This document shows positions 1-10,774 of a stretch of DNA of 64,000 nt, piece by piece. Made by a program: the position numbers and the translations under genes. A model generated the notes under the pieces. The model ran no database searches and was not told the origin of the DNA. It was given only the letters and a program-made list of their open reading frames with translations. How positions within the stretch are numbered: position 1 is the first letter of the stretch; each line of letters starts with the position of its first letter. The stretch comes from an uncultured cyanobacterium (lineage in GTDB: Bacteria > Cyanobacteriota > Cyanobacteriia > Cyanobacteriales > Nostocaceae). The stretch is from assembly GCA_963740315.1 (NCBI GenBank), contig CAVUDP010000003.1:128001-192000 (forward strand), given 5' to 3'.

Positions 1-617
1 TTCATCCTGCATCCCTTGTGATTATCACTGCTTATCTATTTGGACTGCGTTTGGTTTCTCAAGCTGAAGAAAAGCAGATGTGGAAACCGCGACAAACAGA
101 AAAAACTGAATTAGATATACCATCGGAAACAACCGATATTAATGTTAATTTAACTTCACTTTGGCTAGAGTTTTTTGTATATGCGGTAATTCTAGCTTTG
201 GCTGGCTATTTAATTGCTCAAAGTGGTGTATTTATTGCAGTTCAAACTGGATTATCAGAATCTTTAGTTGGTGGTTTATTTACAGCAGTATCAACATCTT
301 TACCCGAACTTGTAGTTACTGTCGCAGCGGTAAGACAAGGAGCGTTAACTTTAGCTGTTGGCGGTATTATCGGCGGTAATTGTTTTGACGTATTATTATT
401 AGCTTTTTCTGATATTGCTTTTCGTAGTGGTTCTATTTATGCTATTATTTCTGAACGTCAGATTTTCGTTATTTCCTTAACAATTCTGATGACGGGGACA
501 TTATTGTTAGGACTTCTTCAGCGCGAGAAATACGGTATAGGTAATATTGGTTTTGAAAGTTTTCTAATTCTAGTTCTTTACATAGGTGGAATTGCATTAC
601 TTATTTCACCATTCTAG
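1..617 (+). CDS. Sodium:calcium (CaCA family) antiporter, 5' end outside window
   Basis: Hydrophobic ORF with alpha-repeat motif TSLPELVV...A..GA..LAVG.IIGGN.FD. Confidence 0.85.
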   Translation, partial: HPASLVIITAYLFGLRLVSQAEEKQMWKPRQTEKTELDIPSETTDINVNLTSLWLEFFVYAVILALAGYLIAQSGVFIAVQTGLSESLVGGLFTAVSTSLPELVVTVAAVRQGALTLAVGGIIGGNCFDVLLLAFSDIAFRSGSIYAIISERQIFVISLTILMTGTLLLGLLQREKYGIGNIGFESFLILVLYIGGIALLISPF

Positions 618-898
618 GGAAGAGATGGGGAGAGGGGGTTCGGGGGTTCGGGGGAGATGGTAAGCCACTGCGCCCTCGCGGGTTCCCCGACTTGTAGCAA
701 GTGGCGCAACCCGTTACTCTAACGAGTCGTGCCGCGCTGAACACGCGGAGCGTGCGGCGAGCGGGGGAGATGGGGAGATGGGGAGAGGGGGAGATGGGGA
801 GACAAGGGGAATTTTAACATGCAGACCTTTAACCTTTAACATGCAGACCTGATTTACTCCTAACTCCTCATTCCTAACTCCTCTTAATCCCCTATTCC
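618..898. repeat. Intergenic G-rich short tandem repeats (GGGGAGAT-type) with embedded small palindromic elements and TTAACCT/ACTCCTA heptamers
   Basis: Repeats read directly; the same units recur at ~18070, 20945, 31085, 41470, 43645, 55220, 61830. Confidence 0.85.
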
Positions 899-1294
899 CT
901 AACTTAAATCTTCAATTAATTTAATTACCCTTTCTTTAACTTGCTCGCGAATGCGTCTATATGTCTGGATATCTCCACCTTCTGGATCTTCTAATTGCCA
1001 ATCTTCAAATACTTCTCTTGTTACCCATTCAGGTGGTAAATTTACTCCACAACCACATAAAGATATTACAGCATCGTAATCTTCGGGATTAAATTCGCTT
1101 AAAGCTTTCGATCCTTGATTGCTAATATCAATACCAATTTCAGACATAATTTCTAGGGTTTTGGGATCTACAAAACTCGCTTCTAAACCGGAGCTGGTAA
1201 CGCCTATTTTACCTTCTCCTAATTTACGAGCGAATGCTTCTGCCATTTGAGAACGGCGAGAGTTCTTTTTACAAACAAACATGACTTTTTTCAT
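899..1294 (-). CDS. arsC: Arsenate reductase (LMW-PTP fold, cyanobacterial glutaredoxin-coupled type)
   Basis: P-loop CKKNSRRSQMAE, SLCGCGV and W.LEDP motifs; follows arsH. Confidence 0.92.
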   Translation of the reverse strand: MKKVMFVCKKNSRRSQMAEAFARKLGEGKIGVTSSGLEASFVDPKTLEIMSEIGIDISNQGSKALSEFNPEDYDAVISLCGCGVNLPPEWVTREVFEDWQLEDPEGGDIQTYRRIREQVKERVIKLIEDLS

Positions 1295-1387
1295 TTTATT
1301 CCCCTAATACAAGATGAGAATTTGAATTTAAAATAATAAAAGATATAATCTCAAAATATTTATTACCTATCACCCATTACCCATTAC

Positions 1388-2002
1388 TTATTCTTTATCT
1401 TTCTCTTTTCGTTCGCTATAACGGTCTGTGAGATAATCAACTTTATCCCGTAATAGTATGGTGAATTTGTATAATTCTTCCATAACGTCAATTACTCTAT
1501 CCCGATAAGGTGAATCTTTCATGGTTCCATCTTCGTTAAACTCTTGGTAAGCTTTAGCAACGGAAGATTGATTGGGAATTGTAAACATCCGCATCCAACG
1601 CCCTAAAAGCCTCATGGAATTAACAGCATTGAAAGACTGAGAACCGCCGCTTACCTGCATTATCGCTAAAGTTCTTCCTTGAGTTGGTCTAACTGCTCCT
1701 ATATTTAAAGGAATCCAGTCAATTTGATTTTTGATAATCCCGGTAAGATTACCGTGCATTTCTGGAGATGTCCAAACTTGACCTTCTGACCATAAACTCA
1801 ATTCCTGCAATTCTTGCACCTTGGGATGTGTGTCCGGAACGCTACCCCGAATCGGTAATTCGCGGGGATCGAAAAACTTGACTTCTGCACCGAATCCTTC
1901 AATAATCCGCGCTGCTTCTTCTGCTAACAAACGACTGTAAGAACGCTCTCGCAGCGAACCATATAAAAACAATATTCTTGGTTTGTGTTCAAAATTTGTC
2001 AT
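1388..2002 (-). CDS. arsH: Arsenical resistance NADPH-dependent FMN reductase ArsH
   Basis: [37 protein letters not shown] motifs; start placed at ATG (MTNFEH). Confidence 0.95.
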   Translation of the reverse strand: MTNFEHKPRILFLYGSLRERSYSRLLAEEAARIIEGFGAEVKFFDPRELPIRGSVPDTHPKVQELQELSLWSEGQVWTSPEMHGNLTGIIKNQIDWIPLNIGAVRPTQGRTLAIMQVSGGSQSFNAVNSMRLLGRWMRMFTIPNQSSVAKAYQEFNEDGTMKDSPYRDRVIDVMEELYKFTILLRDKVDYLTDRYSERKEKDKE

Positions 2003-2031
2003 ATATTCAATTATCAATTACCAATTACCAA

Positions 2032-2760
2032 TTACTTCAGATCCCGAAATCCGTAAGAAAGATGTCGATAAATAATTACCGCTAACTGCGCTCCCATAAT
2101 TGGTGCTATCCAATAAACCCAGTGATGTTGCCAAATTCCTGCAATTAGAGCAGGACCAAATGAACGGGCTGGATTCATACTTGCACCAGTTATAGGTCCC
2201 ATAAAAGCCGCTTCTAAACCTACCGTCAAGCCAATTGCTAATCCTGCAAAACCCAGGGGTGCGCGTCGATCGAGTCCCGATCCAAAAATTACGAACATCA
2301 AGATGAAAGTGAGTACTAACTCTAAAACAAAGGATTGCAACCAATTACCATCCAAGGGCAAAGTTGCACCTAAATTGGCAACATTTCCCAAACTGAGAAA
2401 AAGTAAGGCTGAAGCCAATACCGCGCCAATTAACTGTGCCAAAATATACGGAATCACTAAGCGTCTGGGAAAAAAGCCACTCGTCCAGAATGCTAAAGTT
2501 ACTGCCGGGTTAAAGTGTGCGCCGCTAATATGTCCCAAGCTGTAAATCATCGCTGCAACAACGGCACCGAAGACAAAACTGATGCCCAAATGAGTGATAC
2601 TACCATCGGTAATAGTATTAACCATTACTGCACCAGTACCGGCAAATACTAAGATAAAAGTACCAATACCTTCTGCTAACGCTTCTCTCTTGCAAAGACT
2701 ACCCAATAAGTTTAGACGCGAATGCTGCTTTACAATTGTATCCATACCTTTTGCTGGCAC
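2032..2760 (-). CDS. MIP/aquaglyceroporin channel, probable arsenite efflux
   Basis: Two NPA boxes (SGAHFNPAVT, GASMNPARSFGP); first gene of the arsH-arsC operon. Confidence 0.9.
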   Translation of the reverse strand: MPAKGMDTIVKQHSRLNLLGSLCKREALAEGIGTFILVFAGTGAVMVNTITDGSITHLGISFVFGAVVAAMIYSLGHISGAHFNPAVTLAFWTSGFFPRRLVIPYILAQLIGAVLASALLFLSLGNVANLGATLPLDGNWLQSFVLELVLTFILMFVIFGSGLDRRAPLGFAGLAIGLTVGLEAAFMGPITGASMNPARSFGPALIAGIWQHHWVYWIAPIMGAQLAVIIYRHLSYGFRDLK

Positions 2761-2797
2761 GTTAGCGCCTAAAATTTAAAACACGCTTCACATAAAT

Positions 2798-2827
2798 AGA
2801 TTATTTCAAAAAAAGTTGATATGTCAA
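2798..2827 (-). promoter_or_regulatory. sigma70-type promoter of the ars operon with overlapping ArsR-type operator
   Basis: Minus strand TTGACA-18 nt-TAATCT; the spacer contains ATCAACTTTTTTTGAAA, resembling the Synechocystis arsBHC ArsR site. Confidence 0.6.
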
Positions 2828-2913
2828 GCAGTTAATGAGTTAGGTAATTACCGAATCCCTTCAATATACATGATTATGATGATTTTTTTATTTTTTTCAC
2901 CAAAGCAGGTAGT

Positions 2914-2944
2914 GTAGAGACTTGGCGATCGCAAAGTCTCTCTA
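2914..2944. repeat. REP-like palindrome, GTAGAGAC...GTCTCTAC family
   Basis: Relatives at 6733-6762, 8460-8487, 23906-23932, 31596-31622, 35798-35825. Confidence 0.75.
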
Positions 2945-2959
2945 TTTTACGTTTTATAT

Positions 2960-3772
2960 TCAAAGCTGCTCAAATAAAGCATTCCAATCAACAACCGACG
3001 GTCTTTGCCCCTTATTAACAATTTCAAAAGCTTTGTTATAACAATTTGAATTATTCAGACATTCTACACAAGCGTTTGCAACATCAATTCGACTAGTGTC
3101 TCCTGTAAGTTTATCACCAGTTCCCAACACTACATCTAATTTCCCGTCGGTTTTTGCTCTCAATAAAGTGTTAAGGTCATAGGAAGTAAATGGACCATCT
3201 ATTAAACGTCCGGGACGGATTATTGTATAAGGTAAATTTGAATTTTTAATAGTTTGTTCTGCTTGTTGTTTTGCGTCAAGAATGCCATAGCTATTTAAAA
3301 TACTGTAAGGAAACTCGTTTTTACGTTCGACTCCACAGGAAGAGATAAAAACAAATTGCTTTAAATCTTTTGGTGCAACTTCTATTAAATTACTTACACC
3401 CTGAGCATCAACTTTCATCGGACTGTTTTTAGCTTTGGCTTTCGCTTCTTCAGGGTTAAAAAATAATCCAAAATATTCCAGAAAATTAGGATTGTTTTCA
3501 AAATCCCATCTTTCGGAAGGAAAAGCAGTTGTTCCGCTACAGCAAATAATATGAGTTACATTTGCCAAAGAGTCTCTTATTGTTTCGAGATTGCGGATAT
3601 CTCCAACAGCAATTTCTACTTTACCCGCAAACATATTTTCGGCTTTTGATGCATTGCGCGTCAAAACGCGAACTTTCAAATTTTTATCGAGTAACTTTGC
3701 TACCGTTAATTGTCCAACTCCACCCGTAGCACCAGCAACTAATACTAAATCTTCTGAAATACCTGAAGTCAT
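2960..3772 (-). CDS. Atypical SDR / NAD(P)H-binding oxidoreductase (Tic62/NmrA-like)
   Basis: N-terminal LVAGATGGVG Rossmann motif, YTIIRPG.L, SR.DVA. Confidence 0.85.
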   Translation of the reverse strand: MTSGISEDLVLVAGATGGVGQLTVAKLLDKNLKVRVLTRNASKAENMFAGKVEIAVGDIRNLETIRDSLANVTHIICCSGTTAFPSERWDFENNPNFLEYFGLFFNPEEAKAKAKNSPMKVDAQGVSNLIEVAPKDLKQFVFISSCGVERKNEFPYSILNSYGILDAKQQAEQTIKNSNLPYTIIRPGRLIDGPFTSYDLNTLLRAKTDGKLDVVLGTGDKLTGDTSRIDVANACVECLNNSNCYNKAFEIVNKGQRPSVVDWNALFEQL

Positions 3773-3875
3773 GATTTTTTATTGAGGGATAAATATAAAT
3801 AATAGACAAGTTGTCTGTACTACGAAAATACCGGATAAATTAACTAATATTAACGCAACTGACATATTACTTTAA

Positions 3876-3930
3876 GTTTGTAGTAGGGACTTTAGTCCCA
3901 ATTGCGAGGGCTAAAGCCCTTACTACGAAC
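3876..3930. repeat. REP doublet (GTTCGTAGTAA...TTACTACGAAC family)
   Basis: Terminal inverted repeat enclosing two small hairpins; six more copies in window. Confidence 0.8.
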
Positions 3931-3990
3931 AAAAAATCTATTTTGATTTGAATATATTCCCAAGTATGTGCTACCCCGATTTATTAATTT

Positions 3991-4212
3991 TCAAGCTTTA
4001 GTCGATGATGGTTTGAGAAATAGCCATGCGACAAAAAATGTCGCTGCTGTAAACAGTTGAGTTATATCTAATGCTGATAAATAACCATCTGACAACGTTG
4101 CAATACTTCTGTCTATAATCCCAAATAGCCAAGATGATACGCCAAATAACCAAATCCCATTTTTGAGATTTCTAATAAATCTTTTCGCTTCTGGCGATTT
4201 TTGATTATTCAT
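3991..4212 (-). CDS. Small two-TM hypothetical membrane protein
   Basis: 73-aa ORF with ATG, AGGA RBS-like sequence and two hydrophobic segments. Confidence 0.65.
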   Translation of the reverse strand: MNNQKSPEAKRFIRNLKNGIWLFGVSSWLFGIIDRSIATLSDGYLSALDITQLFTAATFFVAWLFLKPSSTKA

Positions 4213-4607
4213 AATGTCCTATTCTGTTGAAAAAAATAGCAAGCAATGAGTATGAGTGCCCCGATACATCTTTACGATTCTTAATTTATTGTCTATATGT
4301 TAATAAATATTTCCGTGGCTTGACAGATGTTATTTGATACAAAACCAAAACTATATTTAGGAATGTCGATTGTAAATCTATTGTCTAAGTAGTTCTGTAC
4401 CAAATTTGACTAAAGGCTTCACAAAACTTTAATTTTCTTAAAATAATTCTACTTAGAGGAGTTATAAATTATTACACCTTTGACCTGATAACTGTCTCTA
4501 GGCTTAGGATGGTTATGTCTTGCGATACTGATAATTGCAAGGTTTAAGTAGTTCAATAGAACTAATGAAGGTATGTAACTAATTGTAACTAATTATTAAC
4601 TAAAAAA

Positions 4608-5552
4608 ATGACTGCAACCCAGCTTGAATCGGCATCAGCGCAATCGAACCATAAAACGACTTCGCCGGAGTTGGGGCTGGTTTGCATCACTGCTTCTAAA
4701 GAGGTGCGTTTTCGGACGATAACCCGCACTCGTTATTTAGAGTTTGGTGAAAAAGAACGTAATATCGCTCTCAAGTCAATTTATACAGATAATTTACAAC
4801 GGTTGAATTCTGCATTAACTTTTTGCGATCGCCATTCAATTAAACTTTATCGGATGACTTCTAATTTGTTTCCTCTATGCGATATAGAAGATGGAATTGG
4901 CAAGGATTTATTAGAGTCAATGAGCGCAGATTTAGCCAAAATTGGTGAAAGAGCGGCGAAATTGGGTATCAGAATGGTACTGCATCCCGATCAATTTGTA
5001 GTGTTGAGTTCTGAAAAGCCGCAAGTTGTAGAAAACAGCATCCAAATTTTACAAAGCCATGCCCGTATTTTAGATATGTTGGGTTTACCTCGTTCGTCGT
5101 GGGCTTTGATGAATGTTCATGGTGGTAAATCTGGGCGTGGTAAGGAATTGGTAGAGGTAATTTCACAGCTACCGGAAAATATTAAAAGCCGTTTGACTTT
5201 AGAAAATGATGAAAATGCCTATAGCAGCAGCGAGCTTTTAAAAGTTTGTCAAAGTGCTGGAATTCCGTTGGTATTTGATGCTCATCACCATATTTGTCAC
5301 GAAAAACTTGATAGTTACGACTCGGAAAGCGTTGCCGAAATGTTTTATGCAGCCAAAGAAACTTGGGAAAATCCAGATTGGCAGTTAGTTCATATTTCTA
5401 ATGGAAAAGATGCTTTTAACGATAGAAAGCATAGCGACTTGATTACCGATATGCCTGCTTGTTACCGTGAAGCACCTTGGATAGAAGTTGAAGCTAAAAC
5501 TAAAGAAGAGGCGATCGCACATCTACGGGAATGGTGGGAAAAAGAAAGTTAG
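4608..5552 (+). CDS. uvsE: UV DNA damage endonuclease
   Basis: LYRMTS.LFP, HPDQFVVL, LENDE, FDAHHH, HIS, EVEAK motifs of the UvdE TIM barrel. Confidence 0.92.
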   Translation: MTATQLESASAQSNHKTTSPELGLVCITASKEVRFRTITRTRYLEFGEKERNIALKSIYTDNLQRLNSALTFCDRHSIKLYRMTSNLFPLCDIEDGIGKDLLESMSADLAKIGERAAKLGIRMVLHPDQFVVLSSEKPQVVENSIQILQSHARILDMLGLPRSSWALMNVHGGKSGRGKELVEVISQLPENIKSRLTLENDENAYSSSELLKVCQSAGIPLVFDAHHHICHEKLDSYDSESVAEMFYAAKETWENPDWQLVHISNGKDAFNDRKHSDLITDMPACYREAPWIEVEAKTKEEAIAHLREWWEKES

Positions 5553-5657
5553 GAGTTTTCTAATTTTAGATTTTGGATTCTGGATTTTGGATTAGAATTT
5601 AAGATTCTATTTGATGGCTTGCTTTTCGTGATGCTGCAATAATTAAACAAGATAATG

Positions 5658-5897
5658 GTAGGTTGGGTTAGATGCACGAAAAATTAAAAGATAAACTAAT
5701 TAATTCGTATTGCATCGTAACCCAACATCAACATTTGGATTTCCGATAAATTATCCAACGTAGATTTTTAAATGAAGCGAGTTATTTCGTTGGATGTTTA
5801 ATATTATTTTGAATTGAATTATTTCGTTGAGTTTTCTAGATTATGTTGGGTTATGCCTTCGGCACACCTACGGTGAACGTTCCTCAACCCAACCTAC
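5658..5897. repeat. REP/MITE-like composite (GTAGGTTGGGTT...AACCCAACCTAC)
   Basis: 12-bp terminal inverted repeat with internal AACCCAACA / TGTTGGGTT arms. Confidence 0.7.
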
Positions 5898-5901
5898 GAA
5901 C

Positions 5902-6225
5902 TTAATAATCTAAATCATCTATAGTTATCGGTGCTTGAGAACTATGTCGCACATACAAAATATAAACAGTTGTATCTCTAATAGTAAACAGAACACGATA
6001 AATATTTTTAGATTTTCCGTAAAGTAGCTGTCGAACTTGTTCTGGAAAAATTTCGTGTTCAATAGCCAAATTGCAACGTAACGGTTTTTCTTGTAACGTT
6101 GCAATAGTATTCATCAATCCTCGAAACCAACTATCAGCAAACTCTGGGTTACGTTCTTCATACCAATTATAAGCTTCTAGAATCTGAGCTTCTGCTACAG
6201 GGGTAATTTCAACTATCCATGCCAT
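5902..6225 (-). CDS. RelE/ParE-family type II toxin
   Basis: V.IT..AE..I.EAY.WY and YRVLFTI...VYIL.VRH; ATG overlaps upstream partner. Confidence 0.8.
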   Translation of the reverse strand: MAWIVEITPVAEAQILEAYNWYEERNPEFADSWFRGLMNTIATLQEKPLRCNLAIEHEIFPEQVRQLLYGKSKNIYRVLFTIRDTTVYILYVRHSSQAPITIDDLDY

Positions 6226-6472
6226 ATTTTTGCTGCATTTCTTGTACAAAATCCTGAATAGGGCGAGTTTGCCCAGCATTTAATTCATCAAAACCTTGCT
6301 GAATACCTGCTATTGTCTCTAATTGTTCTATCAGTTGACGTAATTTAGTAGCATCAATTTTACTTGGTTCGATAAAGGTGACAAGGACTTGAGTACTATC
6401 GCTAACTTGGTTAGGTAACTCATTAAGTTCAATTTGCCCATCTTTATAAATGCCTTCGATTGTTTTTAGCAT
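6209..6472 (-). CDS. Putative antitoxin of the RelE/ParE pair
   Basis: Small acidic ORF (MLKTIEGIYKDGQIEL..., GIQQGFDEL.AG.TRP) overlapping the toxin start. Confidence 0.7.
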   Translation of the reverse strand: MLKTIEGIYKDGQIELNELPNQVSDSTQVLVTFIEPSKIDATKLRQLIEQLETIAGIQQGFDELNAGQTRPIQDFVQEMQQKYGMDS

Positions 6473-6732
6473 AATTTGATAAGTTGTAACAAAGTTAATA
6501 TCTCTTATATTAACGCCAAGCTTAATAGAAAACTGGCTTGCCATCTGAGCATTGTCCCTGTAAAAACAAGTAACGAAGCGAGAGGATGTAATTTGCTCTT
6601 CCCAAAAGACTGCTTGAAGCGAGATTGCAGCACGCTATTCTTACTCGTGGGGATTAGGTTTTATAGAATATCTATGGCTATACCAGAATCCTTTTTGGAG
6701 GTAATATTAATTCGTGGGGTATTTGAAATTCT

Positions 6733-6762
6733 TGTAGAGACGCGATATATCGCGTCTCTACA
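6733..6762. repeat. Perfect 30-bp REP-like palindrome
   Basis: TGTAGAGACGCGATA-TATCGCGTCTCTACA. Confidence 0.85.
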
Positions 6763-6799
6763 TTATTGATTAATGCAAATATTTAATTATTCATAAAAA

Positions 6800-8401
6800 A
6801 TGGCAATAGCAATCGATTTTGGCACTAGTAATACCGTCATTGCTCGCTGGAACCCGGTAACTCAGCAGCCAGAAACTTTAAATATACCTGAATTATCCGT
6901 TCAACAAGGTTTGAATCCACCGTTGATTCCTAGTTTGCTGTATGTGGAAGATGCTTCAAACTCACGGGTTTTAGTTGGACAACAGGTAAGAAATCGCGGT
7001 GTCGATCTCAAAGGTGATTCGCGTTTTTTTCGCAGCTTCAAACGCGGGATTGGTGCGGATATTCAAGGTTTTTTACCGGAATTAGATGGGCATAATATTT
7101 CTTTTGAACAAGTCGGGGAATGGTACCTGCAAAAAGTAATCGAACAGTTATCTTCTATGGAAGGTGGTTTGGATTCTTTGGTATTAACCGTTCCCGTTGA
7201 CAGTTTTGAGGCTTACCGTCACTGGTTGGGAAAGGTTTGCGAACCGCTAGCGGTGGAACAAGTGCGGATGCTGGATGAACCGACAGCTGCGGCTTTGGGC
7301 TACGGTTTAACAGAAGAAGATTTATTACTAGTAGTTGACTTTGGCGGCGGAACTTTAGATTTATCTTTGGTGCGTTTGGATAAAAGCGTACAGCAAACAA
7401 ATAAAAAACCTTTGGGATTTTTACTTAAGTTTGGTAATAAATCCTTAGCAGAAGACTCCAAACAGAAGGTGAAAACTGCCCGCGTACTTGCAAAAGCCGG
7501 TCAAAATTTGGGCGGTACAGATATTGATAATTGGTTAACCGATTACTTCGCAAAAACTCAAGATTTAACGGTAAGTCCTTTGACAACAAGGCTCGCGGAA
7601 AAAGTCAAAATTCAGCTTTCCACGCAAAATCAAGCTAGCGAAGTTTATTTTAACGACGAAACATTTGAAAGTTACGAATTGGAATTAAACCGCGATGCTT
7701 TTGAAAGTATTTTGCAAGAACATTCGTTTTTTGCAATGCTTGACGAGTCAATGACACAATTATTGCAGCAAGCACGCCGCCAAGGAATAGAAGTTGCAGA
7801 TATTAACGCGGTATTGTTAGTTGGCGGTACTTCGCAAATCCCGGCGGTGCAGACATGGATCAAAAATTACTTTGATTCCGAAAAAATTCGTAGCGAAAAA
7901 GCATTTGAAGCGATCGCTCACGGAGCATTGCAATTAGCTCAAGGTTTTGAGATCAAAGATTTTCTCTACCACAGCTACGGAATTCGCTATTGGAATCGCC
8001 GCCAAAACTGTCATAGCTGGCATCCGATTGTAAAAGAAGGGCAGCCTTACCCAATGAATAAACCAGTAGAATTGTATTTGGGTGCTTCCTTAGAAAATCA
8101 ACCCAGCATAGAATTAATTATTGGTGAATTGGGAGCAGAAACCGGCGGCACCGAAGTTTATTTTGATGGCGATCGCCTAATTACCCGTCGTGCAGAAAGC
8201 AGCGAAACCACGGTAAAAGCTCTTAACGACAGCGATGGTGCGAGAAACATTGCGAATTTAACACCACCGGGATTTCCAGGAAGCGATCGAGTTAAGGTTT
8301 TTCTAGAAGTTGATAGTGAAAGATTTTTAAGAATTACAGTTGAAGATTTATTAGCTGGTGAAACTTTGTTAGAAAATCAAATTGTCGCACAGTTGAGTTG
8401 A
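6800..8401 (+). CDS. Hsp70-family (atypical DnaK-like) protein
   Basis: IDFGTSNT, DEPTAAAL.YG, VDFGGGTLD, LGG.DID, LVGG.SQIP motifs; short C-terminus. Confidence 0.9.
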   Translation: MAIAIDFGTSNTVIARWNPVTQQPETLNIPELSVQQGLNPPLIPSLLYVEDASNSRVLVGQQVRNRGVDLKGDSRFFRSFKRGIGADIQGFLPELDGHNISFEQVGEWYLQKVIEQLSSMEGGLDSLVLTVPVDSFEAYRHWLGKVCEPLAVEQVRMLDEPTAAALGYGLTEEDLLLVVDFGGGTLDLSLVRLDKSVQQTNKKPLGFLLKFGNKSLAEDSKQKVKTARVLAKAGQNLGGTDIDNWLTDYFAKTQDLTVSPLTTRLAEKVKIQLSTQNQASEVYFNDETFESYELELNRDAFESILQEHSFFAMLDESMTQLLQQARRQGIEVADINAVLLVGGTSQIPAVQTWIKNYFDSEKIRSEKAFEAIAHGALQLAQGFEIKDFLYHSYGIRYWNRRQNCHSWHPIVKEGQPYPMNKPVELYLGASLENQPSIELIIGELGAETGGTEVYFDGDRLITRRAESSETTVKALNDSDGARNIANLTPPGFPGSDRVKVFLEVDSERFLRITVEDLLAGETLLENQIVAQLS

Positions 8402-8513
8402 ATTTGGGGATTGGGGATTGGGGATTGGGCATTAATTTAATTACCATACAATAAATAATGTAGAGACGTAGCATTGCTACGTCTTTAGCTATTAAAATTT
8501 TGTTATAAAAGTC

Positions 8514-9101
8514 ATGCAAAGTACAGAAACTACAATAGAACTTCGTCTGTGGACAGTTGAAGAATACCATCGCATGGCAGAAGCTGGCATTTTTGATGAA
8601 GACGAACGAGTAGAACTTTTAAAAGGAAAGATTATTTGTAAGGATAAGATAGGAACAGCGCATCGTTCTGCTGTAGGAAGAATAGATTATTTACTTAAAA
8701 ATCTTTTAGAAAATCGAGCTTGGATATCTATTAAAGATCCAATACAGTTAGATGATTATTCAGAACCAGAACCTGATATTGCAGTTGTAAAAATTGACCC
8801 ATTAGACTACGCAGACCACCATCCTACCCCAGATGAAGTTTATTTAGTTATCGAAGTTGCGGATACTACTTTTAAAAAAGATTGTGAGACAAAAGGGAAA
8901 GCTTATGCAGCAGCAGGGATTGTTGATTATTGGGTTTTAGATGTTATTAACCGTCAGCTTCATGTATTTAGACAACCTTCGGAAAATGGTTATAAAAGTG
9001 AAGTGGTATTAAGAGAAGATGAGAGTATTTCGCCTTTGAGTTTTCCCGATTTGAATATTGATATTTTGGAAATGCTGCCACCCGTAGTTGGTAAATATTA
9101 A
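8514..9101 (+). CDS. Uma2-family (DUF820) endonuclease-fold protein
   Basis: TVEEYHRM.E.G, RVEL..G, EPEPDIAV, LVIEVAD, YA.AGI.DYWVLD. Confidence 0.9.
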   Translation: MQSTETTIELRLWTVEEYHRMAEAGIFDEDERVELLKGKIICKDKIGTAHRSAVGRIDYLLKNLLENRAWISIKDPIQLDDYSEPEPDIAVVKIDPLDYADHHPTPDEVYLVIEVADTTFKKDCETKGKAYAAAGIVDYWVLDVINRQLHVFRQPSENGYKSEVVLREDESISPLSFPDLNIDILEMLPPVVGKY

Positions 9102-9102
9102 A

Positions 9103-9474
9103 TTAATTGTTTATCGGTAATGAACGAATACGGATGCGAGTTTTTTCAAAAATAACTACGCTTCCTTGTTCCAAAGCATCCTGAACTGTAAGTAAATTTG
9201 TTAATAAAATTTCTAATTGTTTTTCAGGTACACGTTCAGTGTTACGACGGAATAAAATTACTGATGGCTTACTTTCTTGTCTTAATGCTAATAAGGTACC
9301 AAAATCAGTGTCCGCAGAAATAATTATACGGTCTTCATCTACTGCTCTGACAAATATTTCACTGTCTGAAGCTGCTTGCATTTGGTATTCACGAACATGA
9401 AAAGCATCGTAACCTGCTTCTCTTAGTCCATCAGCAATTAGAGGAGATAAAGCATTGTCAACCAAAAATTTCAT
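9103..9474 (-). CDS. DUF5615 PIN-like toxin
   Basis: MKFLVDN.LS, D..I...A....[11 protein letters not shown]; overlaps DUF433 gene. Confidence 0.85.
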   Translation of the reverse strand: MKFLVDNALSPLIADGLREAGYDAFHVREYQMQAASDSEIFVRAVDEDRIIISADTDFGTLLALRQESKPSVILFRRNTERVPEKQLEILLTNLLTVQDALEQGSVVIFEKTRIRIRSLPINN

Positions 9475-9698
9475 GCTTCAATTAAAGGTAATTCACGCTC
9501 GGTAACTGCGGAGGCTGCATAACTCAAAGCTTCTTTAATATCTTCTGGTTGCAAATCTGGTAAAGCTTGCATTATTTCTTCGTCTCGCATTCCTTCAGCA
9601 AACATTCCGACAACAGTGGCAACCGGAATTCGTAATCCTCTAATACAAGGAACTCCACCCATCTGATTTGGATTTACTGTAATGCGCGTGAATTTCAT
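9471..9698 (-). CDS. DUF433 antitoxin-like protein
   Basis: RIT.NP.QMGG.PCIRG.RIPV..V and P.L..EDI..AL.YA. Confidence 0.88.
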   Translation of the reverse strand: MKFTRITVNPNQMGGVPCIRGLRIPVATVVGMFAEGMRDEEIMQALPDLQPEDIKEALSYAASAVTERELPLIEA

Positions 9699-9736
9699 GG
9701 TTTGTTTTAGCTTATTAGTATGGTTTCCACGATAAA

Positions 9737-10753
9737 TCAAATCGAATAATAAAGTGGAAAGGATTTAGCATCTTTAGGTTTTACATAAACCCTTTGCTGG
9801 GGTTCCAAATGCAATTCATCAAATCTATCTCGTGTCAAATGAGCGCTTACAACTTGTCCGTCATCTAAGGTTAATTCGACTTGAATTTCCCAACCTAAAT
9901 GTATCAATCTACTTATCCTTGCCGGAACTGTCGTACCATTAGGAGAAGTTTCAACAATCACATCTTGGGGACGTAAAAACATTTCCGATTGTGGGGAATC
10001 AAACCCATTACTTTGAAATATCCCGGAAGTACTTGGTAACACGTTTACCGGACCAATAAAGCTCATTACAAATGCTGTTGCGGGATGATCGTAAATTTGT
10101 GCTGGTGTACCAATTTGTTCGACTTGACCTTTATTCATTACCACAATTTCGTCGGAGACTTCCATCGCTTCTTCTTGATCGTGAGTCACAAATACCGTGG
10201 TAACGTGGACTTCATCGTGCAATCTCCGCAACCAAATGCGTAAATCTTTACGAACTCTAGCATCAAGCGCTCCGAAGGGTTCGTCTAACAGCAATACTTT
10301 TGGTTCTACCGCTAAAGCTCTGGCTAAAGCAACCCTTTGTCTTTGCCCCCCGGAAATCTGGGATGGATATCTGTCTCCGAGTCCGCTTAATTGAACTAAA
10401 TCTAATAACTCATCTACACGGGCTTTAATTTTCGCTTTTGGTGTTTTACGAATTTCTAACCCAAAAGCAATATTTTTCCGTACCGTCATATGCTTGAACA
10501 AAGCGTAATGTTGAAACACAAAACCAATGTTTCGCTCTTGTACGCTTTGATATGTGGCATCCTTACCAGTTAACAAAATTTTGCCGCTATCCGGCATTTC
10601 CAAACCCGCAATTAGTCGCAACAGAGTAGACTTTCCCGAACCCGAAGGTCCTAATAAAGCCACCAGCGAGCCGCTTTTGATTTCCAAGCTGACATTATCA
10701 ACGGCTTTAAAACTGCCAAACTGCTTGCACGCATTTTCAACTACTATGCCCAC
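9737..10753 (-). CDS. cysA: Sulfate ABC transporter ATP-binding protein
   Basis: [36 protein letters not shown]-like tail; operon context. Confidence 0.95.
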   Translation of the reverse strand: MGIVVENACKQFGSFKAVDNVSLEIKSGSLVALLGPSGSGKSTLLRLIAGLEMPDSGKILLTGKDATYQSVQERNIGFVFQHYALFKHMTVRKNIAFGLEIRKTPKAKIKARVDELLDLVQLSGLGDRYPSQISGGQRQRVALARALAVEPKVLLLDEPFGALDARVRKDLRIWLRRLHDEVHVTTVFVTHDQEEAMEVSDEIVVMNKGQVEQIGTPAQIYDHPATAFVMSFIGPVNVLPSTSGIFQSNGFDSPQSEMFLRPQDVIVETSPNGTTVPARISRLIHLGWEIQVELTLDDGQVVSAHLTRDRFDELHLEPQQRVYVKPKDAKSFPLYYSI

Positions 10754-10774
10754 TGTAAAAAAATCCTCTGCAAC

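Noticed and set aside
828..850. TTAACCT repeats as a cyanobacterial Pho box (also 18146, 31663, 55170)
   Set aside because: 7-nt period rather than 11, and always adjacent to other simple repeats
4388..4401. LexA box upstream of uvsE
   Set aside because: AGTAGTTCTGTACC mismatches the RGTAC half-site and lies about 200 nt from the start; too weak
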